From an uncultured Lentisphaeraceae bacterium (GTDB taxonomy: Bacteria; Verrucomicrobiota; Kiritimatiellia; RFP12; UBA1067), in assembly GCA_964636295.1 (NCBI GenBank), contig CAZWQY010000005.1, positions 47,496 through 111,495 on the forward strand: 64,000 nucleotides of DNA, in the 5' to 3' direction. Position 1 is the stretch's first letter. Each line of letters opens with the position of its first letter. The position numbers were made by a program, and so were the translations under genes. Below the pieces are notes generated by a model. The model did no database searches, was not told where the DNA came from, and worked only from the letters and a program-made list of their open reading frames with translations. Below are positions 27,003 to 38,276 of the stretch, piece after piece.

Positions 27003-28898
27003 TTAGACATGCCCGCGCTTGATGAGGACGGCGAGCACGGCGATGTCGGCCGGATTGACGCCTGGAATGCGGCTTGCCTGGGCGAGGGTTTCCGGGCGAT
27101 GCTTCTTCAGTTTTTCGCGGCTCTCATAGCGAACGGCTGTGCATTTGTCATAGTCCAGCCACTGTGGCAGAACGAGGGCTTCGTCCTTCTTGGCTTGTGC
27201 GGCGGCCTTTTCCTCTTGCGCGATGTACGGGGCATACTGATGCATAATCAACGCTTCTTGATTTATCCGCCCTTCGCGTGTGATTTGGTCGCACGAGCGC
27301 GTGTCAAGTTCCGTTTGACTCTTTCTCCCTCGTTGTGCGAGATCAGCGACTTTGGCTTGAATGGTTGTCCATTCGTCTTCAATGGCGGCAAGGGTTGCCT
27401 TTGGTAAAATGTCCACGCGCTTGGCGGCGGCGAGCAGACGATAACAGGCGTTGTCCTGGCGAAGAATCAAACGTCGCTCAGCGCGGCTTGTAAACATGCG
27501 ATAGGGTTCATCCGTACCCTTCGTGACGAGATCGTCGATCATCACGCCGAGATAGGCATCCTGTCGGCTTAAGATGAATGGAGATTCTTTTCGGACGGCG
27601 AACACGGCATTGATCCCTGCGAGAATGCCCTGTCCTGCCGCTTCTTCATAGCCGGTTGTCCCGTTGATCTGTCCCGCAAAGTAAAGTCCAGCAATTCGCT
27701 TCGATTCAAGGGTATGGCGAAGTTCACGCGCATCAATGCTGTCGTATTCGATGGCATAGGCGTACGCCAAGAACTCCGCTTCTTCAAGTCCTTCAACGGA
27801 ATGAACCATGTCACGCTGAACCGTTTCAGGAAGCGAGCAACTCAATCCATTCGGATAGATGATGTCCCCACGGCTGTCTTCAGGTTCAAGAATGACATGG
27901 TGATGAGGTGCATCCGAAAATCGGACGATCTTATCTTCGATGCTGGGACAGTAGCGAACGCCCGTTCCACTGATTTGACCACCATAAAGAGATGACTTGT
28001 CGAGGTTCGAGCGGATGATTTCGTGCGTTCGGCTATTCGTCCGCGTCATCCAGCAAGGAAGAATGGGCAGATTGTTCCATGTGGAACACAGGTGGAGGCG
28101 GTCAGATGTGGCTGTTCCACGTGGAACACAGGTGGAGGCGGTCAGATGCGGTTGTTCCACGTGGAACACAGGCGGATGAGAACCCGTGTTGGAAAAATCC
28201 GTATGTTCCACGTGGAACAGCGGGCGTGGTGTGTCTCCATCTTGCCGAATACAGCGCGAAAAGTCGCAGGTCGAGGCCTTGAGACGCGGAGGTGTACCTG
28301 TTTTTAGACGAATCAACGCGAATCCGAGATCTTCAAGATTGCGCGAGAGCAGATTGACGGCGGGACGGCCATCGCCGCCGCTTTCTTGGCTTTTGTCACC
28401 GATCCAGATCCGTCCACGGAGAGTTGTCCCGGTCGTCAGAATGACGGTTTTCGATGAAATGATTCCGTTGTTTTCGGTCTGAACACCCGTGATGCGTTGC
28501 GCGGCATCCGTCCGAATGCCAATGACGGCATCTTCAAGAACTGTCAGATTCTCCTGTGCCGCGATGACAGTCTGCATTCGTTCGGCGTATTCCTTCTTCG
28601 CACACTGGCAACGTGTCGCCCAGACGGCCGGCCCACGACTTCTGTTGAGCGTTTTCGCCTGAAGGGCGGTTTGGTCGGCGTTCACGCCCATTTCGCCGCC
28701 AAGGGCATCCAGTTCCGAAACAAGGTGGCTCTTGGCAAGACCGCCGATTGACGGGTTGCAAGGCATTCTGGCAATTGCGTCACGCTGTGTGGTGACGAGC
28801 AAAGTGCGTGCCTTCATGCGCGCGGCGGCGAGAGCCGCCTCGACGCCGGCGTGTCCACCGCCCACGACAAGAACCTCAAAGGCATCCATCAGTTTCAT
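27003..28898 (-). CDS. mnmG: tRNA uridine-5-carboxymethylaminomethyl modification enzyme MnmG (GidA) with an internal parS-derived insertion
   Basis: [73 protein letters not shown]. Start at ATG 28898, 6 nt after TGCTATAAT. Confidence 0.96.
   Translation of the reverse strand: MKLMDAFEVLVVGGGHAGVEAALAAARMKARTLLVTTQRDAIARMPCNPSIGGLAKSHLVSELDALGGEMGVNADQTALQAKTLNRSRGPAVWATRCQCAKKEYAERMQTVIAAQENLTVLEDAVIGIRTDAAQRITGVQTENNGIISSKTVILTTGTTLRGRIWIGDKSQESGGDGRPAVNLLSRNLEDLGFALIRLKTGTPPRLKASTCDFSRCIRQDGDTPRPLFHVEHTDFSNTGSHPPVFHVEQPHLTASTCVPRGTATSDRLHLCSTWNNLPILPCWMTRTNSRTHEIIRSNLDKSSLYGGQISGTGVRYCPSIEDKIVRFSDAPHHHVILEPEDSRGDIIYPNGLSCSLPETVQRDMVHSVEGLEEAEFLAYAYAIEYDSIDARELRHTLESKRIAGLYFAGQINGTTGYEEAAGQGILAGINAVFAVRKESPFILSRQDAYLGVMIDDLVTKGTDEPYRMFTSRAERRLILRQDNACYRLLAAAKRVDILPKATLAAIEDEWTTIQAKVADLAQRGRKSQTELDTRSCDQITREGRINQEALIMHQYAPYIAQEEKAAAQAKKDEALVLPQWLDYDKCTAVRYESREKLKKHRPETLAQASRIPGVNPADIAVLAVLIKRGHV
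28073..28219. repeat. Cluster of four parS sites (16-bp palindromes) inside mnmG
   Basis: TGTTCCATGTGGAACA 28073-28088. Perfect TGTTCCACGTGGAACA at 28113, 28153 and 28204. The first three sit in a 40-bp tandem unit. Confidence 0.92.
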
Positions 28899-28904
28899 GA
28901 CCGA

Positions 28905-29120
28905 ATTATAGCACATTCTCAACAGGATTGTGAACAAAAAAGATACAGAGATTATGCAACAGATAAAAGGCTATTTCTTCATAAATAATGCGGAATATTT
29001 ATGTTTTTGTCATTTTTAATTTTTGTCAAGGGAAAAGATGTCAAATCATGTCTACACTTATTGAAAAGTTATCAACAACGCCTCTCCAACTTGCTCTTTT
29101 TAGCCGAATTATGCTATACT
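28905..29120. promoter_or_regulatory. AT-rich divergent promoter region with DnaA-box-like sites at the gene-strand switch
   Basis: -10 TGCTATAAT (minus, 28905-28913) and TGCTATACT (plus, 29112-29120). TTCTCAACA 28916, TTGTGAACA 28928, TTATCAACA 29069. Very AT-rich at about 28965-29030. Confidence 0.65.
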
Positions 29121-29129
29121 TCTTGACAC

Positions 29130-29987
29130 TTGAAAGTCATCTTCCTATTCATTGACGGGGTCGGCATCGGGCAGTCCTCTTCGGAGAATCCCCTGAATGC
29201 GGAGGTCTGTCCGACGTTGTGGCGTCTCTTGGCGCGGCACGCGAAGCCGATTGACGCCTGCTTGGGCGTCGCGGGCGTCCCGCAGTCCGCGACCGGGCAG
29301 GCGACGATGTTCACGGGCATCAACTGCGCCGAGGCGGTTGGCCGTCATTGCGAGGGTTTCCCCGGCCAGGAACTTCGGCAGATCGTCACGCGCGACAACC
29401 TCTTCCTTGAACTGAAGAAGCGCGGGCGGCGCGTGAAGTTCGCCGACGCCTATCTCGTTGAGTCGGCGGACGAACTGGCGGATCGGCGGTTCAAGTCCGT
29501 GACGACGGTGATGGCCCTGACGGCGCCGGAGACCGTCTCGACAATTGCAGACCTTGAGGACGACAAGGCCCTCTTGCAGGATCTCACGCGCGAGACGATT
29601 CAGGATCGCTATCCCGACATTCCCGTCATTTCGCCGTCGCGCGCGGCCGAGCACCTGTTTCGCCTCGCGCGCGCGAACGATCTGACGCTCTACGAGTTTT
29701 TCCAGACGGACGTCTCCGGGCATTCGATGGACTACGCGCGCGCCTGCGCCGTGCTGCGCACGTACGACCGTTTTCTGTCCGCGCTTGTCCGCTACACGGA
29801 GGCGGCGGACATCACGCTCGTCATGACGTCCGACCACGGCAACATCGAGGCGCTGGGCGAACGCGGTCACACGCGCAACCCCGTGCCGTTCATCGCCTAT
29901 GGCCCGAAGGAGAGGTTCTTGCGCGACCGGGTCGCGTCGCTCGTCGACGTGACGCCGGCCTTGCTTGCGGCTTTCGATGCCGTGTGA
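29130..29987 (+). CDS. Alkaline-phosphatase-superfamily metalloenzyme (iPGM-like)
   Basis: IFLFIDGVGIG, PQSATGQ, TD.SGH, TSDHGNIE, HTRNPVP. TTG start. Confidence 0.8.
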   Translation: MKVIFLFIDGVGIGQSSSENPLNAEVCPTLWRLLARHAKPIDACLGVAGVPQSATGQATMFTGINCAEAVGRHCEGFPGQELRQIVTRDNLFLELKKRGRRVKFADAYLVESADELADRRFKSVTTVMALTAPETVSTIADLEDDKALLQDLTRETIQDRYPDIPVISPSRAAEHLFRLARANDLTLYEFFQTDVSGHSMDYARACAVLRTYDRFLSALVRYTEAADITLVMTSDHGNIEALGERGHTRNPVPFIAYGPKERFLRDRVASLVDVTPALLAAFDAV

Positions 29988-30054
29988 TACAATTCACCTG
30001 TTTCATCGTCTTATCATCCGAAACACAAACGACAACACGAGAGGAAATCTGACA

Positions 30055-31503
30055 ATGGCCTGTTCCTGCGGAAAGAAGCATTGCGGCACGGGGAGCTGCT
30101 CGTGCCACAGCCACGCCGAGTTCGTCGCGCCGATGAGCGCGCTCTGGCAAATCTACGACGGCATCGACACGAAGGCGAACGCCCAGGTCGTCGCGATCGC
30201 CTGGGAGCGCGAGAACGGGCAGGTCTTCCGCTATGACCTGCCGATTCCGAAGCGGCTTGACCCGCAGGCGACGAAGTTCGTCTCGCTCGTCGTCGAGCGC
30301 ATCGCGAAGTTCATCGTCTGGTCGGCGGGCGGCTGGAAGCTCTACCTGGCGGGTCCGGACGCGATCGTCAAGCCTGTCGCGAAGGCCTACACGAAGAAGG
30401 GCGCGCGCGCGTTCGACTACGACTTCTTCACGTCGATCTACGGCCGGCCCGTCGAGGCCGTCGTCGTGCCGCTCGCGAAAATGCCGGAGGCCTGCGAAAA
30501 GGCGGCGCTCGTCAAGACGGTGGCGGACGGCTGCCGCCTCGGCTTCGACCTCGGCGCGTCGGACTTCAAGATCTCGGCCCTCAACAAGGGGAAGGTCGTC
30601 TTCTCGAAGGAGTTCCCGTGGGACCCGCGCAACAACGCCGACCCCGAATACCACTACACGATGCTGACGAACGGGCTCAAGGAGGCGGCCGCGTCGCTGC
30701 CGCGCGTCGATGCGATCGGCGGTTCGACGGCGGGCGTCCTCGTCGGTCAGAAGTTCGGCCTCGCCTCGCTCCTGCGCGCGGTGAAGGAGAAGAATCCGGA
30801 GAAGTTCCCGGAGGCGCAGAACCTCTTCAACCGCATCGAGAAGGACTGGGGCGTGCCGTTCGCGGTCTACAACGACGGCGACGTGACCGCGCTCGCGGGC
30901 ATGATCACGATGGGGCGCAAGGGCATCCTCGGCGTCGCGATGGGATCGTCCGAGGCCGTCGGCTACGTCGATCCGAAGGGACGCATGACGGGGCGCATTT
31001 CGGAACTCGCGTTCGCGCCGGTTGACTTCAATCCCTGTGCGCCGAAGGACGAGTGGTCGGGCGACGCGGGCGTCGGCGCGATGGCGTTCTCGCAGCAGGC
31101 CGTCAACTGGCTGGCCGAGGACTACGGCTTCAAGTTCCCGAAGGCGATGAAGCTGCCGGAGCGCCTGAAGGTCGTGCAGGCCGCGATGGAGAAGGGCGAT
31201 GCGAAGGCCCTCAAGGTCTACGTCCAGATCGGCCGCTTCCTCGCGCACGCGATTCCGTGGTACAACGAGTTCTACGACTACGAGAACCTGATGGTTCTTG
31301 GGCGCGTGACGTCGGGCCTGGGCGGCGAGGTGATCGTCGAGACGGCGAAGACGCTTCTGGCGGACGTCTATCCCGAATGGGCCGAGAAGATCGACGTCTT
31401 CATGCCCGACGAGAAGGCGCGTCGCCTGGGGCAATCCGTCGCGGCCGCGCAGATTCCCGTCATCCGCGCGGGTGCGAAGGCACGCGGAAAGGCGCGCGGA
31501 TAA
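30055..31503 (+). CDS. ROK-family protein with a Cys/His-rich N-terminus
   Basis: LGFDLGASDFK, AIGGSTAG, VYNDGDVTALAG, LGVAMGSSEAVGY. ATG 30055 follows SD GAGAGGA. Confidence 0.75.
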   Translation: MACSCGKKHCGTGSCSCHSHAEFVAPMSALWQIYDGIDTKANAQVVAIAWERENGQVFRYDLPIPKRLDPQATKFVSLVVERIAKFIVWSAGGWKLYLAGPDAIVKPVAKAYTKKGARAFDYDFFTSIYGRPVEAVVVPLAKMPEACEKAALVKTVADGCRLGFDLGASDFKISALNKGKVVFSKEFPWDPRNNADPEYHYTMLTNGLKEAAASLPRVDAIGGSTAGVLVGQKFGLASLLRAVKEKNPEKFPEAQNLFNRIEKDWGVPFAVYNDGDVTALAGMITMGRKGILGVAMGSSEAVGYVDPKGRMTGRISELAFAPVDFNPCAPKDEWSGDAGVGAMAFSQQAVNWLAEDYGFKFPKAMKLPERLKVVQAAMEKGDAKALKVYVQIGRFLAHAIPWYNEFYDYENLMVLGRVTSGLGGEVIVETAKTLLADVYPEWAEKIDVFMPDEKARRLGQSVAAAQIPVIRAGAKARGKARG

Positions 31504-31523
31504 GCCGCTGGAGAGAATCGCGC

Positions 31524-32039
31524 ATGGAGCTCATTGCCAGCTTTCAGGTTGACCACACGAAGATCCGTCCCGGCATCTACGTCTCGCGCGTCGATGCCGT
31601 CGGCGGCGACTTCGTGACGACGTTTGACGTCCGCATGAAGCGGCCGAACGCGGAACCCGCCGTCCATCCGAATGCGCTCCACACGATCGAGCACATCGTC
31701 GCGACGTATCTGCGCAACGATCCCGCGTGGAAGGATCGCATCGTCTACTGGGGGCCGATGGGCTGCCTCACGGGCAACTACCTGCTCGTGAAGGGGCGGC
31801 CCACACCGCAGGAGATCTGTCCGCTCGTCCTCGCCGCGTTTCGCCACTGCCGCGACTACGAGGGCGACGTGCCGGGCACGACGGCCGAGACGTGCGGAAA
31901 CTTCCGCCTGCACGATCTCGCGATGGCGAAGTGGGAGGCCGCGCAGTTCGTTGCGCGCGTGGAGGCGGAGCCGTCGTTCGACTATCCGGCGGCGACGCGC
32001 GTCGTCACGGAGAAGGGGATGCTCTTCCACGATTCGTGA
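31524..32039 (+). CDS. luxS: S-ribosylhomocysteine lyase
   Basis: MELIASFQVDH, LHTIEH, GPMGCLTG, CGNFRLHDL. This is the C-terminal part of track ORF 31053..32039. Confidence 0.92.
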   Translation: MELIASFQVDHTKIRPGIYVSRVDAVGGDFVTTFDVRMKRPNAEPAVHPNALHTIEHIVATYLRNDPAWKDRIVYWGPMGCLTGNYLLVKGRPTPQEICPLVLAAFRHCRDYEGDVPGTTAETCGNFRLHDLAMAKWEAAQFVARVEAEPSFDYPAATRVVTEKGMLFHDS

Positions 32040-32070
32040 CAAGGGCTTGAGGAACAGTAAGGAAATCGAC

Positions 32071-32343
32071 ATGAAGAAAGTCATCATCACCGTCGTCGGC
32101 AAGGACACCGTCGGCATCATCGCGAAGACGAGCGCGTATCTCGCCAAGAACGGAATCAACATTCTCGACATCTCGCAGACGGTCGTCGGCGGCTACTTCA
32201 ACATGATGATGATCGTCGACGGCGCGGCGTGCCGGAAGCCGTTCGACAAGGTCGGCGCGGAACTCGCGCAGCTCGGCGTCGAGCTGGGCCTGCGCATCCG
32301 CTGCCAGAAGTCCGAGATCTTCGAGAAAATGCACCGGGTGTAA
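32071..32343 (+). CDS. ACT-domain protein (UPF0237)
   Basis: [35 protein letters not shown]. Confidence 0.9.
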   Translation: MKKVIITVVGKDTVGIIAKTSAYLAKNGINILDISQTVVGGYFNMMMIVDGAACRKPFDKVGAELAQLGVELGLRIRCQKSEIFEKMHRV

Positions 32344-32347
32344 GGCC

Positions 32348-33715
32348 ATGATCAACCTTGCTGAAGTCCTCGAGACGAACAAGATGATTCTCGAGGAGAA
32401 CCTCGACGTCCGGACCATCACGCTGGGGCTGTCGCTGCTCGACTGCATCGACGCCTCGCTTGCGAAGACGTGCGACAACGTCTCCGCGAAGCTCCTGCGC
32501 TATGCGAAAGACCTCGTGAAGACGGGCGACGAGATCGGGCGCGAGTTCGGCGTGCCGATCGTCAACAAGCGCATCTCCATCACGCCGATTTCGCTGGTCG
32601 GCGCGGCGTGCTGCAAGCGTCCGAAGGACTTCGTGCGCCTTGCGAAGACGCTCGACCGCGCGGCGAAGCGGCTGGGCGTCAACTTCATCGGCGGCTACTC
32701 GGCCGTCGTCTCGAAGGGCATGACGCGGGCGGACGAGCTGCTCATTCGCTCGATTCCCGAGGCGATGGCGACGACGGAGCATCTTTGCGCGTCGGTGAAC
32801 GTCGGCTCGACGAAGACGGGCCTCGACATGGACGCCGTGCGGCTCATGGGCGAGATCGTCAAGGAGACGGCGGCGAAGACGGCCGACCGGGACTCGATTG
32901 GCTGCGCGAAGCTCGTCGTCCTCTGCAACGCGCCGGACGACAATCCGTTCATGGCGGGCGCCTTCCACGGCGTGACGGAGGGTGACGCGGTCGTCAACGT
33001 CGGCGTCTCCGGGCCGGGCGTCGTGAACCACGTCCTCCGGCATTCCTGTCGCGGCGAATCGTTCGAGGTTCTGTGCGAGACGGTCAAGAAGACGGCGTTC
33101 AAGATCACGCGCGTCGGGCAGCTCGTCGCGCAGGAGGCGTCGCGTCGCCTGGGCGTGCCGTTCGGCATCATCGACCTTTCGCTCGCGCCGACGCCGGCCA
33201 TCGGCGATTCGGTTGCGGACATCCTGAAGGAGATCGGGCTTGAGCATCCGGGCGCGCCGGGAACGACGGCCGCGCTCGCGCTCCTGAACGACCAGGTCAA
33301 GAAGGGTGGCGTCATGGCGAGTTCCTACGTCGGCGGACTCTCCGGCGCGTTCATCCCCGTCTCGGAAGACCAGGGCATGATCGACGCGGTGAACGCGGGC
33401 GCGCTCACGATCGAGAAGCTTGAGGCGATGACGTGCGTCTGCTCGGTCGGGCTCGACATGATCGCGATTCCGGGCGACACGCCCGCGAGCTCGATCGCCG
33501 GCATCATCGCGGACGAGGCGGCCATTGGCATGGTCAACCAGAAGACGACGGCCGTGCGCGTCATTCCCGTCGCGGGCAAGAAGGTCGGCGACACGGTCGA
33601 GTTCGGCGGCCTTCTCGGTCATGCGCCCGTGATGCGCGTCTCGCCGTTCTCGTGCGAGGCGTTCATCGCCCGTACGGGCCGCATCCCCGCGCCGATTCAT
33701 TCGTTCAAGAACTGA
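32348..33715 (+). CDS. UPF0210/DUF711 (PFL-like) protein
   Basis: [65 protein letters not shown]. The usual partner of UPF0237. Confidence 0.92.
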   Translation: MINLAEVLETNKMILEENLDVRTITLGLSLLDCIDASLAKTCDNVSAKLLRYAKDLVKTGDEIGREFGVPIVNKRISITPISLVGAACCKRPKDFVRLAKTLDRAAKRLGVNFIGGYSAVVSKGMTRADELLIRSIPEAMATTEHLCASVNVGSTKTGLDMDAVRLMGEIVKETAAKTADRDSIGCAKLVVLCNAPDDNPFMAGAFHGVTEGDAVVNVGVSGPGVVNHVLRHSCRGESFEVLCETVKKTAFKITRVGQLVAQEASRRLGVPFGIIDLSLAPTPAIGDSVADILKEIGLEHPGAPGTTAALALLNDQVKKGGVMASSYVGGLSGAFIPVSEDQGMIDAVNAGALTIEKLEAMTCVCSVGLDMIAIPGDTPASSIAGIIADEAAIGMVNQKTTAVRVIPVAGKKVGDTVEFGGLLGHAPVMRVSPFSCEAFIARTGRIPAPIHSFKN

Positions 33716-33801
33716 CGGCGGCTGCGGAACGCGGCTAGAACAGGCGGCAGAAGTCTTCGGGGGAGATGGCGGCGCGCCGCATCTGGCCTTGTGGGCGTCC
33801 G

Positions 33802-33831
33802 TTTGCCGACAGTCGGCAAAAGTGCTATACT
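33802..33831 (+). promoter_or_regulatory. argG promoter with a 19-bp palindrome over the -35
   Basis: TTGCCG-17 bp-TATACT. Perfect inverted repeat TTTGCCGAC-A-GTCGGCAAA at 33802-33820. Confidence 0.6.
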
Positions 33832-33866
33832 ATGCGCTCAATTTTGACTAATAGGGAGGAATCCAC

Positions 33867-35099
33867 ATGAAACTCGAAGACCTCAAGGGCAAGACCGTTG
33901 GCGTGTGCGTCTCGGGCGGCCTCGACTCGAAGACCATCTGCTGCGTTCTGAAGGATGCGGGCGTGAAGGTGAAGGCGTTCTCGGCGAACGTCGGCCAGCC
34001 GGACGAGAAGGACATCAACGACATCAAGGCGAAGATGGCCCCCACGGGTGTCGAGACGACGATCGTCGACGTCACGAAGGAGATGGCCGACATCTGCTTC
34101 GAGACGGTGAAGTGCCAGGCGATGTACGACGGCGGCTACTGGAACTCGACGGGCATCGCCCGCGCGGTGACCGTCCAGAAGCTCCTCCCGGCGATGAAGA
34201 AGGCCGGCTGCTCGGTGCTCGTCCACGGCGCGACGGGGCGCGGCAACGACCAGATGCGCTTCGAGCGCTACACGAACGTGATGGACCCGAAGTTCGGCGT
34301 CTACGCCCCCTGGCGCGACTCCGACCTGCTGAAGAAGTTCCCGGGCCGCACGGAGATGGTCGCGTTCCTCGCGAAGCGCGGCATCACGGCGTTCGTCGGC
34401 ACGAAGAAGAAGTATTCGACCGACGCGAACCTCGCGGGCCTCTCGCACGAGGCGGAGGATCTTGAGTCGATGGAGACGTCGATGCGCATCGTGAAGCCCA
34501 CGATGGGCGTGTGGCCCGAAAAGGCCCCGAACAAGGTCGAGAAGGTCACGCTCAAGTTCGAGAAGGGCCGCTGCGTCGCGGTGAACGGCAAGAAGATGAC
34601 GCCGTACGAGACCATGCTCGAGCTGAACGCGGTCGGCGGCCGCAACGGCATCGGCATGAAGCACGCGCTGGAGAACCGCATCATCGGCACGAAGAGCCGT
34701 GGCGTCTACGAGGCGCCGGGCATGGAAGTGCTGAGCTGGGGCCTCAAGTACATCTACGAGGGCCTGATGGATCGTCGCTCGACGCTCCTCTTCCAGCAGC
34801 TCTCGAAGTTCGTCGCCGACCAGATCTACGATGGCCGCTGGTTCGACCCCGCGACCCAGGCGGCGCGCGCGGCGATTCAGGTCTGGGCGGACAAGGCGAC
34901 GGCCGAAGTCACGCTGGGGCTTTACAAGGGCAACATCTTCTTCGAGAGCCTCAAGGGGCTCAAGGCCACGATCTACAACGAGGCCGACAGCTCGATGGAG
35001 GCGTCGAACGGGCTCAATCCGCACAGCTCGCAGGGCTTTGCCGAGATTCAGTCCGTCGAGGCGAAGATGCTGGCGAAGGCGGGTCAGATCAAGGCGTAA
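33867..35099 (+). CDS. argG: Argininosuccinate synthase
   Basis: SGGLDS, HGATGRGNDQMRFE, YSTDANLAG, ENRIIGTKSRGVYEAPG. Confidence 0.93.
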   Translation: MKLEDLKGKTVGVCVSGGLDSKTICCVLKDAGVKVKAFSANVGQPDEKDINDIKAKMAPTGVETTIVDVTKEMADICFETVKCQAMYDGGYWNSTGIARAVTVQKLLPAMKKAGCSVLVHGATGRGNDQMRFERYTNVMDPKFGVYAPWRDSDLLKKFPGRTEMVAFLAKRGITAFVGTKKKYSTDANLAGLSHEAEDLESMETSMRIVKPTMGVWPEKAPNKVEKVTLKFEKGRCVAVNGKKMTPYETMLELNAVGGRNGIGMKHALENRIIGTKSRGVYEAPGMEVLSWGLKYIYEGLMDRRSTLLFQQLSKFVADQIYDGRWFDPATQAARAAIQVWADKATAEVTLGLYKGNIFFESLKGLKATIYNEADSSMEASNGLNPHSSQGFAEIQSVEAKMLAKAGQIKA

Positions 35100-35111
35100 G
35101 CGAAGTTGGAC

Positions 35112-35714
35112 ATGAGCGAAGAGAAGAAGGAAGACGTGGCCGAGACGGCGGCGGAGGCGAAGGCTTCCGACGCCGCGTCGGCAGAGGCGAAGGCGGCTGC
35201 GGGCGAGAGTTCGACCCCGGAATCCAAGGGCGAGGCGTCGCCTGCCGCCGAAAAGGAGTCCGCCGCGCCGGAGAAGCCCGCCGAGCCGGACTGGAAAACG
35301 CTCTACGCCCTCACGCTCGCCGACTTCGACAACTACAAGAAGCGGGCGGCGCGCGACCGCGAGGACACGTACCGCTATGCCGAGGCGGACATCCTGAAGG
35401 ACGTCCTGCCGGCGGTGGACAACCTGCAGCTGGCGCTCGCGAACGCGAAGGAAAGGGCCGACGACCCGTTCGTGAAGGGCGTCCAGCTCGTCCATGACAC
35501 GCTGCTGAAGTCGCTCAAGGAACACGGCGCCGAGCCGTTCGATTCCATCGGGCTTGACCTCGACACCGAGAAGATGGAGGCGATCGCGACGCTGCCGCAC
35601 GCGGAGATTCCCGAAGGCAAGGTCTCGATCGAGTCGAAGAAGGGCTGGATGCTGAAGGACAAGGTGTTGCGCGCCGCGCAGGTCGTCGTGTCGTCCGGCA
35701 AGGGCGCGGAATAA
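35112..35714 (+). CDS. grpE: Nucleotide exchange factor GrpE
   Basis: ADFDNYKKRAARD, LPAVDNL, GWMLKDKVLRAAQVVV. Confidence 0.92.
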   Translation: MSEEKKEDVAETAAEAKASDAASAEAKAAAGESSTPESKGEASPAAEKESAAPEKPAEPDWKTLYALTLADFDNYKKRAARDREDTYRYAEADILKDVLPAVDNLQLALANAKERADDPFVKGVQLVHDTLLKSLKEHGAEPFDSIGLDLDTEKMEAIATLPHAEIPEGKVSIESKKGWMLKDKVLRAAQVVVSSGKGAE

Positions 35715-36926
<1,212 letters not shown>

Positions 36927-36933
36927 GTCCGAC

Positions 36934-38262
36934 ATGAAGCCCAGAGGCCTTGCGCTCGTCCCGTTCCTCGTCTTTGCCGCGTTTTACGTGGGGCTTTCCC
37001 TCTGGGCGGGGCAGCTGGGCTTCGAGATGCCGTGGTACAAGGTCTCGATGCCGGTCGCGTTCCTCGTCGCGTCGGCCGTCTCGCTTCTGATCGGGCGGGC
37101 GACGCTCGACGAGAAGGTCGAGACGTACGCGCGCGGGATGGGCGAACCGAACATCATGATCATGTGCCTCATCTTCATCCTCGCCGGGGCGTTCGCGACG
37201 ATTGCGAAAGGCTCTGGCGCGGTGGATGCGGCCGTGACGATCGCTCAGGCGCTCGTGCCGGCGCGTCTCATGGTCGCGGGCGTCTTTCTCGTCTCGTGCC
37301 TCATCTCGCTCGCGATCGGGACGTCGTGCGGCACGATTGCGGCCGTCACGCCGATTGCGCTTGGCTTTGCCGCGCCGCTGGGGCTGAACCCCGCGCTGCT
37401 CATGGGCGCCGTGATCGGCGGTTCGATGTTCGGCGACAACCTCTCGATGATCTCCGACACGACGATTGCCGCGACGCGGACGCAGGGCGTGCGCATGAAG
37501 GACAAGTTCTTGGCGAACGGACTCATCGCCGCGCCGGCTGCGCTCGTCGCGCTCTTCCTCTACGCGGTCTCCGGCTTTTCGGCGGGGACGGTCGCCGCGC
37601 CGGCCGTGACGTGGCAGCACCTTGTCCTCGTCCTGCCGTATGTCTTTGTCCTTGCGCTGGCGCTGGCCGGCTTCAACGTGATGATGCTTCTCTTTTCGGG
37701 CACGGTGCTGTCGGCCGTGATCGGCGGCGTCCTCGGCAAGTTCGCGTTCTTCGACGCGATGGACTTGCTGGGCAAGGGGACGCTTGGCATGGGCGAGACG
37801 CTGATTGTCGCGCTGCTCGCGGGTGGGCTTTTCAAGTCTGTCCAGGCGAACGGCGGCGTCCTTTGGCTGACGGAGAAGATCGCCAAGGTGATTCGCGGGC
37901 CGCGCACGTGCGAGCTGGGCGTCTTTGGCCTCGTGGCGGCGGTCAACTGCTTTACGGCGAACAACACGGTCGCGATTGTCATCGCCGGCCCGATCGCGAA
38001 GGAATGCGCGGCGAAGTTCGGGGCGAACCCCGTGCGGATCGCGTCCGTGCTCGACACGGCCTCATGCGTTGTTCAGGGCCTCATTCCCTACGGCGCGCAG
38101 ATCCTGATTGCGATTGGCGTCGCGCGTGGGCTGGATCTCACGGTCGATTCGTTTTCGCTTTTGAAGTGCCTTTACTATCAGCCGCTTCTCGCGCTCGCGG
38201 TCTTTTGCTCGCTGTGCTTCTCCGGCCGGCGCACGAAGTCCCCGATTCCGGGCGTGGCCTGA
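36934..38262 (+). CDS. NhaC-family (Na+/H+ antiporter / amino-acid transporter) membrane protein
   Basis: SLAIGTSCGTI, GGSMFGDNLSMISDTTIAAT, QGLIPYGAQ. Many TM helices. Confidence 0.82.
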   Translation: MKPRGLALVPFLVFAAFYVGLSLWAGQLGFEMPWYKVSMPVAFLVASAVSLLIGRATLDEKVETYARGMGEPNIMIMCLIFILAGAFATIAKGSGAVDAAVTIAQALVPARLMVAGVFLVSCLISLAIGTSCGTIAAVTPIALGFAAPLGLNPALLMGAVIGGSMFGDNLSMISDTTIAATRTQGVRMKDKFLANGLIAAPAALVALFLYAVSGFSAGTVAAPAVTWQHLVLVLPYVFVLALALAGFNVMMLLFSGTVLSAVIGGVLGKFAFFDAMDLLGKGTLGMGETLIVALLAGGLFKSVQANGGVLWLTEKIAKVIRGPRTCELGVFGLVAAVNCFTANNTVAIVIAGPIAKECAAKFGANPVRIASVLDTASCVVQGLIPYGAQILIAIGVARGLDLTVDSFSLLKCLYYQPLLALAVFCSLCFSGRRTKSPIPGVA

Positions 38263-38276
38263 CGGCGTTTTCTTTT

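Noticed and set aside
28073-28219. CRISPR array interpretation of the 40-bp periodic repeat
   Set aside because: The intervening sequences are near-identical rather than unique spacers, there are no cas genes, and the repeat is a parS match inside an intact gene.
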